From positions 310,001 through 374,000 of the forward strand of contig JAXGZF010000007.1 of the NCBI GenBank assembly GCA_040771865.1: DNA of 64,000 bases, read 5' to 3'. The position numbers and the translations under genes were made by a program. The notes beneath the pieces are model-generated. The model ran no database searches. It was given only the letters and a program-made list of their open reading frames with translations, and was not told the DNA's origin. Source of the DNA: Desulfobacterales bacterium. GTDB lineage: Bacteria; Desulfobacterota; Desulfobacteria; Desulfobacterales; UBA2245. The first letter of the stretch is position 1, and the number at the start of each line of letters is the position of its first letter. Below, one piece after another: positions 56,986 to 64,000 of the stretch.

Positions 56986-58009
56986 AACCGTCATTGAACT
57001 GGCCCGAAAACTCAACCGGCCCCTGAACATCGGAAACAGACAGGTGACTGGACGGCTCTTTCTGGCGCCCATGGCCAAGTTGAGCAATCCGGCCCTGCGC
57101 GAGCTGATAATGTATTACGGCGGGTGCGGACTGTTGTTTTCCGGAATGTGCAGCGCGCGAAGCGTCCGCCACGGGGCTGGAAACAACGTTCATGGATTTA
57201 TGTGGACTTCGAAGGAACTCGAATTCCTCGTATGCCAGATCTTTGGAAATGATCCGCGAATGATGGCCGAGGCCGCAGTCCAGGTGGAGGCCAGAGGGTT
57301 TTTCGGGGTGGACATCAATTTCGGGTGCAGCGCGAAGGTCATCTGCCGGCAGCAATGCGGCGCCGAGGTTCTGAAAGACCCGGTCTTGGCCGAAAGCATC
57401 GTCAGGGTGGTTCGAAAAGCGGTGCGCATTCCCCTTTTTGTCAAATTCCGCACCGGCTGGAAAGATGACCCAGAATACGCCGTTTCCATGGCCAGGCGGT
57501 TTGAAGATGCTGGCGCCGACGCCCTTACTTTTCATCCCCGCACGGCGCCGGATCGCCGGACCCGGCCTCCCAGATGGGAACATATCGCCAGGGTCAAGCA
57601 GGCCGTCTCGATACCGGTATCCGGAAACGGGGATGTTTTCGGCCCCGAGGATTGCCTTCGCATGCTGACGCAGACCGGATGCGATTCCGTATCCATAGGC
57701 CGCATCGCTGCAGCAAAGCCCTGGATCTTTGCGCAGTGGACCGGCCTGCGAAATTTCGGCCCGGAAATTTACCTTCTATGCGCCCGTCGGCTTCTCGAAC
57801 GACTGACCCACTATTTCGGACCGGATACGGGCTTGAGGCGCTTTCACAAATTTTCCGGGTATTTTTCCGCCAATTTCACCTACGGGCACCACCTTCAATC
57901 TCTGCTGTCTAGGTGCAGATCCGTGGCGGAAGCAGAACGTGCCCTGAATGATTTCTTTGAAACCGAACCTCAGACCGTCTCTGTACCCCATATCAGCCGT
58001 CTGCTCTGA
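56978..58009 (+). CDS. tRNA-dihydrouridine synthase family protein
   Basis: LAPMA, QIFG, DINFGC, KFR.G, HPRT, GNGD. Confidence 0.9.
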   Translation: MNETVIELARKLNRPLNIGNRQVTGRLFLAPMAKLSNPALRELIMYYGGCGLLFSGMCSARSVRHGAGNNVHGFMWTSKELEFLVCQIFGNDPRMMAEAAVQVEARGFFGVDINFGCSAKVICRQQCGAEVLKDPVLAESIVRVVRKAVRIPLFVKFRTGWKDDPEYAVSMARRFEDAGADALTFHPRTAPDRRTRPPRWEHIARVKQAVSIPVSGNGDVFGPEDCLRMLTQTGCDSVSIGRIAAAKPWIFAQWTGLRNFGPEIYLLCARRLLERLTHYFGPDTGLRRFHKFSGYFSANFTYGHHLQSLLSRCRSVAEAERALNDFFETEPQTVSVPHISRLL

Positions 58010-58027
58010 CATGGAGATCGAACACGC

Positions 58028-59932
58028 TCAGCCTTTCTTTTTCGGAAAACCGATCCGGTGCAAGGCCATCTCGATTTCTTCCAGAGCGGCAGGGTCGTCG
58101 ATGGTGGCCGGAATTTTGTATTCCTTGTTGTCGGCGATCTTCTGAATGGTGCCCCGCAGAATCTTGCCTGAACGGGTTTTGGGAAGCCGCTGAACCACCG
58201 TGGCAGTCTTGAAGGCGGCCACCGGACCGATGCGGTCCCGGACCATCTGTATCACCTCTCTGACGATCTCTTCGGGATCACGGTCCACTCCGGCCTTCAG
58301 CACCAGAAATCCGATGGGCTCCTGTCCCTTGAGTATGTCTTCGACACCGAGCACGGCGCATTCGGCCACATCCGGATGATCGGCCAGAACCTCTTCCATG
58401 GCCCCTGTGGAAAGCCGGTGACCGGCCACGTTGATGATGTCGTCGGTCCGGGACATCACGTAGACATAGCCGTCCTCGTCGATATAGCCGGCGTCCGCCG
58501 TCTTGTAGTAACCCGGAAACTCGGAAAGATAAGACGAAACGTACCGCTCGTCGTTGTTCCACAGACTCGGCAGCGTTCCCGGAGGAAGGGGCAGCCGGAC
58601 CACCAGGGCTCCGGTCTGACCGGGTTGAAGCGGATTACAGTCCGCATCCACCACCCGGACATCCCATCCCGGCGCCGGCTTGGTGGGAGATCCCGTCTTG
58701 ACCGGAAAGGGATGAAGCCCCATGCAGTTGGCACAGATGGCCCATCCGGTTTCAGTCTGCCACCAGTGGTCGATCACCGGAATCCCCAGGCATTTTTCCG
58801 CCCATTGCAGGGTGTCGGGATCAAGCCGCTCGCCGGCCAGAAACAGCGTCCTGAAACCGGACAGATCATAGTTCTTCATCAGAACGGCATTCGGATCCTC
58901 CCTTTTGATGGCTCTGAAGGCCGTGGGAGCGGTAAACATGCATTTGACCCCGTGCTCCGAAATCACGCGCCAGAAACTTCCGGCATCTGGAGTCCCGACG
59001 GGCTTTCCCTCGAACAGGATGGTGGTGCATCCCCCCAGCAGGGGACCGTAGACGATGTAGGAATGGCCCACCACCCATCCGACGTCCGAGGCGGCCCAGA
59101 AGACATCCCCTGGGTCAACGTCATAGATGGCCTTCATGGACCATTTCAGGGACACCATATGGCCGCCGTTGTCCCGAATCACACCTTTGGGATCGCCCGT
59201 GGTGCCGGAGGTATAAAGAATATACAGGGGATCGGTGGCCGCAACAGGAACGCAGTTCTGAGGAAAGGCCTCCGCCATGGCGGCATTCCAGTCGATATCC
59301 CGGCCCGCGATCATCGGCGCCTTTTCCATGGGGCGCTGGTAGATGATGCATTTTTCAGGTTTGAATTCGGCCAGACGGATCGCCTCATCCAGAAGCGGCT
59401 TGTAGGGAATGATCCGCTTGATCTCGATCCCGCAGGAGGCCGAAACGATAACCTTGGGCTTTGCATCATTAATCCGGGTGGCCAGTTCATTGGCGGCAAA
59501 ACCGCCGAAAACCACGGAATGAACGGCGCCGATTCGAGCGCAGGCCAGCATGGCAATGGCGGCTTCGGGAATCATCGGCATATAGATGATGACCCGGTCG
59601 CCTTTCCCAATGCCCTGGTTGGTCAGAACGCCTGCGAAGAGGGCCGCTTCATTGCGAAGTTCAGCATAGGTGTATTTGCGGACAACGCCGGTCACCGGGC
59701 TGTCATAGATCAGAGCGAGCTGATTTCCTCTTCCGTTTTCAATATGAAAGTCAAGGGCATTGAAGCAGGTGTTAACCTGACCCCCGGCAAACCACCGGTA
59801 AAACGGCTTGTTTGAATCGTCCAGCACTCTGTCCCATTTTTTGTACCAGTGGCAGTTCTGAGCCGGTTCAGCCCAGAAACCTTCAGGGTCGTTTATGGAT
59901 CTTTCAAATGCCGCTTCATATGCATTGGTCAT
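58028..59932 (-). CDS. prpE: Propionyl-CoA synthetase
   Basis: YTSGTTGDPKG, DHWWQTETG, NVAGHRL, PKTRSGKI. Confidence 0.9.
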   Translation of the reverse strand: MTNAYEAAFERSINDPEGFWAEPAQNCHWYKKWDRVLDDSNKPFYRWFAGGQVNTCFNALDFHIENGRGNQLALIYDSPVTGVVRKYTYAELRNEAALFAGVLTNQGIGKGDRVIIYMPMIPEAAIAMLACARIGAVHSVVFGGFAANELATRINDAKPKVIVSASCGIEIKRIIPYKPLLDEAIRLAEFKPEKCIIYQRPMEKAPMIAGRDIDWNAAMAEAFPQNCVPVAATDPLYILYTSGTTGDPKGVIRDNGGHMVSLKWSMKAIYDVDPGDVFWAASDVGWVVGHSYIVYGPLLGGCTTILFEGKPVGTPDAGSFWRVISEHGVKCMFTAPTAFRAIKREDPNAVLMKNYDLSGFRTLFLAGERLDPDTLQWAEKCLGIPVIDHWWQTETGWAICANCMGLHPFPVKTGSPTKPAPGWDVRVVDADCNPLQPGQTGALVVRLPLPPGTLPSLWNNDERYVSSYLSEFPGYYKTADAGYIDEDGYVYVMSRTDDIINVAGHRLSTGAMEEVLADHPDVAECAVLGVEDILKGQEPIGFLVLKAGVDRDPEEIVREVIQMVRDRIGPVAAFKTATVVQRLPKTRSGKILRGTIQKIADNKEYKIPATIDDPAALEEIEMALHRIGFPKKKG

Positions 59933-60381
59933 TCAGGGCCTCCATCGGGTGTCAGGTTGACTAGAATTAAAAACAGTTTGGCTCTAGTAGATTTTTTATC
60001 TAAAAAAATCAGAATGTAATTGTCAAGAACTTATATTTTATTTTGAGAAATATCTGAATCGGATTTCCGCCCTGAATTCGAATTCTCGAAAAAATCATCC
60101 GCTGAATGCGATATCGAGAATGCACCACCACGCTGAATGGGGCTTTCCTTCTTTTTCCGCCGGAACCTCTGGTTTGAGGGTGGCAGCGAAGCGTCCGGCA
60201 CGGCGCACCCGTCAAAATGAGCTTGAATTTTTAAGCCGCCGGACATAGATAGAAGTCAGGTCCCTGCCTTTTTTGTTTTTTCCCGGCGGCGAACGGTTTT
60301 GAAAGCACGATACCGTTCCCGCTGACTTTACTTAATAAAACAGGGTGCCCCGGGGCCGAAGCGTCCTGTCATGGTTCGAAA

Positions 60382-60798
60382 ATGACGACACACAGTGGAA
60401 AGCACATGCACGTCGCCTGTGCCATTATCGAGCGCAACGGTCTTGTTCTTGCCGCTCAGCGAAGCGCCGTCATGAGCATGCCTCTCAAATGGGAATTTCC
60501 CGGAGGAAAGATCAAGCCGAATGAAAGCCCGGAACAGTGCCTGTGCCGGGAACTTGCCGAAGAACTGGACATCCGGATCACGATCAAACAACCTCTGGCG
60601 CCGTCAAGCCACGAATATCCGCTCGTCACGGTGACGCTTTATCCTTTCATCTGCTCGATCGCCGGCGGGAAGATCCGGCTGAACGAACATGCGGCCATAA
60701 CCTGGCTGCCTTCAGGCGCGCTTTTTGCGCTCGACTGGGCCGAAGCTGACCTGCCGGTTCTGGCCGCCTACTGCCGACAACTGGGAAAATCGAGATGA
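60382..60798 (+). CDS. NUDIX hydrolase (MutT/NudG-like)
   Basis: WEFPGGK..E..CLCRELAEEL. Confidence 0.92.
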   Translation: MTTHSGKHMHVACAIIERNGLVLAAQRSAVMSMPLKWEFPGGKIKPNESPEQCLCRELAEELDIRITIKQPLAPSSHEYPLVTVTLYPFICSIAGGKIRLNEHAAITWLPSGALFALDWAEADLPVLAAYCRQLGKSR

Positions 60799-60886
60799 TG
60801 CCCGGGCTGGCGGGAAATTGAGGCTTCAGGCCGCATGCAATAACGGTTAACAGACCCTTCATCCCTAAAACAGACAAGGAGGCGGA

Positions 60887-62533
60887 ATGACGCAGATTAC
60901 CGGCGGACAACTCGTGGCAAGAACGCTGAAGCAGGCAGGGATCGGCACCATTTTTACCCTCTGCGGCGTGCATATCGTCGATATCTACAGCGGCTGCATC
61001 GATGAAGGCATTCGAATCATCGACGTGCGGCACGAGCAGACGGCGGTCCATGCCGCTGAGGCGTGGACAAGGCTCACGGGCATTCCCGGCGCAGCCGTTG
61101 TAACCGCCGGGCCGGGTCTGACCGATGCCGTCACCGGAGTTGCCAATGCATTTCGCAATCAGACCCCCATGCTTCTCATCGGCGGTCAGGCCCCGACGCA
61201 GCAGCTGTTGAAGGGCGGATTGCAGGAACTCGACCATCTGTCTCTCATGAGGCCCATTACAAAAGCTTCGATTTCTGTTTCCGACACAAAACGGATTCCC
61301 GAACTGATGACGCAGGCACTGAGAGAGGCATACAGCGGCCGCCCGGGACCGGTTTTTGTCGAAATTCCCATGGACGTCCTCGACGCTTCCGTGGAACCGG
61401 AACAGGTTGTTTTCCCGGAATACTTCCGTTCCCTGGGCCGTCAATACGGAGATCCGGCCCGGATTCAGGAGGCGGCGGAACTTCTGGACCGCGCGAAGCG
61501 GCCCGTCATTCTCGCCGGAGGCCAGGTCTGGCACTGCCGTGCGGAGAAGGAACTGGCCGCGTTCGTTGAGAAAACCGGCATTCCCGCCTACCTGAACGGC
61601 GCGGCAAGAGGGTGCCTGTCCGAAGCCTGCTCTTATTTTCTGATCCGATCGAGAAGGCATGCTCTGTCTCGGGCCGATGCGGTCCTGATCATCGGAACCC
61701 CCATGGATTTCAGACTCGCCTTCGGTAAACGCATCGCCGAAGACGCGAAAATCATTCAGATCGATCTGGATTATGGCGAACTGGGACGCAACCGTGATAT
61801 TCATACCGGAATTCAGGGGGATGCAAAGGCCATTCTATCCCAGTTGAATTCCGCCGTCTCTTCGACACGGCGAGGTCGTTCCTGGATTGAAGAATTACAA
61901 AAAATCGAGGCGGCCCTTCTCGAGAAGGACGCGCCCTTTCTCGATTCGAATGCGTCGCCCGTTCATCCCCTGCGACTTGCCCGGGAAATTCGGGATTTTA
62001 TGAGGGAAGACGCCGTTTTTATCGCCGACGGAGGGGACGTGGTCACCATGTCCGCAAGCATTCTCACTCCCGGCCGGCCGGGTCGCTGGCTGGACCCCGG
62101 CCCTCTGGGCACCCTCGGCGTGGGAACCCCTTTTGCCATCGCCGCCAAGGCGGCCATGCCGGATACGGAGGTTGTCGTCCTCTTCGGGGACGGGGCCTTC
62201 GGGCTGACCGGCTTTGATTACGACACCCTGATCCGTTTCAATCTGCCCGTCATCGGCGTGGTGGCGAACAACGCCGCCTGGAACCAGGTTCGCTACGGAC
62301 AGATGGAGAAATACGGACGCGTGAAAGGCGAGGCAGCCAACCGGCTTTCTCCGCTGCGCTATGATCGCGTTGTGGAGGCCATGGGAGGGTATGGCGAGCA
62401 GGTCACGGAACCCTCTCAGATTCGTCCGGCCCTGGAGCGGGCCCGAAAATCGGGCAAGCCGTCCCTGATCAATGTCATGGTCGATCCCGATGTGTTCAGC
62501 TCCGGCACCAAGCAGCAGTCCATGTTCAAATAA
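60887..62533 (+). CDS. ThDP-dependent enzyme (acetolactate synthase-like / 2-hydroxyacyl-CoA lyase family)
   Basis: RHEQ, TAGPG, GRPGPV, GDGAFG..NN. Confidence 0.85.
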   Translation: MTQITGGQLVARTLKQAGIGTIFTLCGVHIVDIYSGCIDEGIRIIDVRHEQTAVHAAEAWTRLTGIPGAAVVTAGPGLTDAVTGVANAFRNQTPMLLIGGQAPTQQLLKGGLQELDHLSLMRPITKASISVSDTKRIPELMTQALREAYSGRPGPVFVEIPMDVLDASVEPEQVVFPEYFRSLGRQYGDPARIQEAAELLDRAKRPVILAGGQVWHCRAEKELAAFVEKTGIPAYLNGAARGCLSEACSYFLIRSRRHALSRADAVLIIGTPMDFRLAFGKRIAEDAKIIQIDLDYGELGRNRDIHTGIQGDAKAILSQLNSAVSSTRRGRSWIEELQKIEAALLEKDAPFLDSNASPVHPLRLAREIRDFMREDAVFIADGGDVVTMSASILTPGRPGRWLDPGPLGTLGVGTPFAIAAKAAMPDTEVVVLFGDGAFGLTGFDYDTLIRFNLPVIGVVANNAAWNQVRYGQMEKYGRVKGEAANRLSPLRYDRVVEAMGGYGEQVTEPSQIRPALERARKSGKPSLINVMVDPDVFSSGTKQQSMFK

Positions 62534-62581
62534 GAATCCGGGAAGAACCAGTTCGCGTCAGCGCCTTTGAGGGAGGATGAT

Positions 62582-62914
62582 ATGCAGGACAACAAAAATG
62601 TGAACGGAATGGTTTTGAATATTAAAGACATGGTCTCTTATCAGCCCGGATCGGTTGTGAGCCGCACCCTTATTGACAAGCGCGTTGGAACGGTTACGGT
62701 GTTCGCGTTCGACTCCGGCCAGGGTCTGAGTGAGCACACCGCGCCTTTTGATGCGCTGTTTCAGGTCGTTGACGGGGCTGCGGACATAACCATCGCGGGC
62801 GCGGTGCATACCGTTCGAGAAGACGAGATGATCATCATGCCTGCAAATAAACCGCATGCCTTAAAAGCCAACCCCCGGTTCAAGATGCTGCTGATCATGA
62901 TCAGACAGTCATGA
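62582..62914 (+). CDS. Cupin domain protein
   Basis: GQGLSEHTAP, MPANKPHAL. Confidence 0.9.
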   Translation: MQDNKNVNGMVLNIKDMVSYQPGSVVSRTLIDKRVGTVTVFAFDSGQGLSEHTAPFDALFQVVDGAADITIAGAVHTVREDEMIIMPANKPHALKANPRFKMLLIMIRQS

Positions 62915-62979
62915 TGCGCATCAACAGGAGGCCGGGAATGATCGATTCAAAAATTGTAATCGGGATTTGAAAAATCGAT

Positions 62980-63396
62980 TCAGAGCAATCGGTTGGACTC
63001 GACCTTCATGCATCTTCCCGCGACCACTCCATATCCCTCCTGATCCAGCTTCTTTATGGTTTCCGGGTTTTCCGCGCCCGGCTGCATCCAGAATATCCTG
63101 AAGCCTTTCTGCTTGGCCTCTTCGGCCAGTGCCGGCACGGCGGAGGGGCTGCGGAATACGTCCACGATATCAATCTCATCCGGTATGTCCTGAATAGAGG
63201 CGTAGACTTTCTCCCCCAGAATGGTCTGACCGGCGAATTTGGGATTGACGAGATAGAGCTTGAAGCCGTGGCTTTGCAGGACCTCTGAGACGAAATAACT
63301 GGGCTTCAAAGGGTCTGAGGAGATGCCGACCACGCAGATGGTGCGGCAGCCTTGCAGCGCATCCTTAAGATCTTTGTCTTCCTGAAGTATGGGCAT
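62980..63396 (-). CDS. CoA-binding protein (YccU-like)
   Basis: VVGIS, VNP, DIVDVFR, WMQPG. Confidence 0.9.
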   Translation of the reverse strand: MPILQEDKDLKDALQGCRTICVVGISSDPLKPSYFVSEVLQSHGFKLYLVNPKFAGQTILGEKVYASIQDIPDEIDIVDVFRSPSAVPALAEEAKQKGFRIFWMQPGAENPETIKKLDQEGYGVVAGRCMKVESNRLL

Positions 63397-63546
63397 AGTC
63401 AGATCCAATCTTGGTCAAAATAGATAAGTTGAATTTTACCGGATCATGCGGGGATGCCCGCCGATAATGGTCGGACTCTTACGGCACCGGATTTTTTACC
63501 ACATTATATATTCGTTCAATCACAAGAACGGATAAAAATGGCGGAA

Positions 63547-64000
63547 TTACCATTTCTCCCAGTGTATTTTCTCCGGCTTATACTTGTCTTTCGGTTGATC
63601 TGTTCCGGTCGGAACGCCCACCGGCGTCACGTTCAACGGAATCACATTCTGAGGGATTCCGAGCACGGCTCGCACATGGTTCATTCTGTCCTCATAGGGG
63701 TATGCGGCAGTCCACACGCCGCCGAGCCCGAGCGCTTCTATCGCGAGCAGGATATTTTGGCCTGCAAGCGATGCGTCGATGATGGCCAGATCCCTGTTCT
63801 TGTCATAAGCCTTGTCAGCCTCGGTGCAAACGATGATCGCCGCGCCCGCTTTTAAAAGCATCCTTGCATACGGAAGCCCGGCGGCAAGCTGGTCCAGCTT
63901 GTTTCTGTCAGTCACGGCCACAAAAGACCACGGCTGGGCATTCACCGCGGACGGCGCAGCCATGCCCGCTCTGATGATCTTGTCAAGATCGGTCCTGCTG
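63547..64000 (-). CDS. Nitroreductase family protein, 5'-partial
   Basis: AGMAAPSAVNAQPW, NILLAIEALGLG; frame runs off the window end. Confidence 0.9.
   Translation of the reverse strand, partial: SRTDLDKIIRAGMAAPSAVNAQPWSFVAVTDRNKLDQLAAGLPYARMLLKAGAAIIVCTEADKAYDKNRDLAIIDASLAGQNILLAIEALGLGGVWTAAYPYEDRMNHVRAVLGIPQNVIPLNVTPVGVPTGTDQPKDKYKPEKIHWEKW

Noticed and set aside
59990..60026. GATTTTTT/AAAAAATC palindrome near TTGACA upstream of prpE
   Set aside because: Low complexity in an AT-rich spacer; cannot be distinguished from chance.

Overview
Bacterial chromosomal window, GC-rich. The gene content (selB, four-subunit 2-oxoacid:ferredoxin oxidoreductase, NfnAB-like pair, very large hybrid kinases) suggests an anaerobic Desulfobacterota-like organism; this is inference. 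1-11.5 kb holds a signalling trio: hybrid kinase with Hpt, REC-GGDEF cyclase and a second hybrid kinase. 11.6-21.2 kb is an arsenic/thiol-redox region. It has an acr3-arsR / marR-permease cassette bracketed by a decayed ~220-bp duplication of the kinase 3' end. It also has a nine-gene permease-DUF2703-thioredoxin-DGC-CcdA-rhodanese-DoxX operon whose leading arsR is broken by an internal deletion. 21-64 kb is mostly housekeeping: tRNA-Arg/His/fMet, selB, hemW, korDABC, mltG, nagZ, tsaD, purM, alaC, hom, thrH, DEAD helicase, nfnAB, tatD/tatA, ssb, carbonic anhydrase, prpE. Other notable items are two copies of a ~143-bp hairpin MITE, a decayed attC-like site, a stand-alone Cache protein next to an NCS2 permease with altered motif residues, a SIR2-like gene coupled to dus, a terminator in the helicase leader, and many candidate promoters lacking the -7 T. 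No CRISPR array, integrase, transposase or rRNA was seen. All calls are by-eye motif recognition; no database searches were run.
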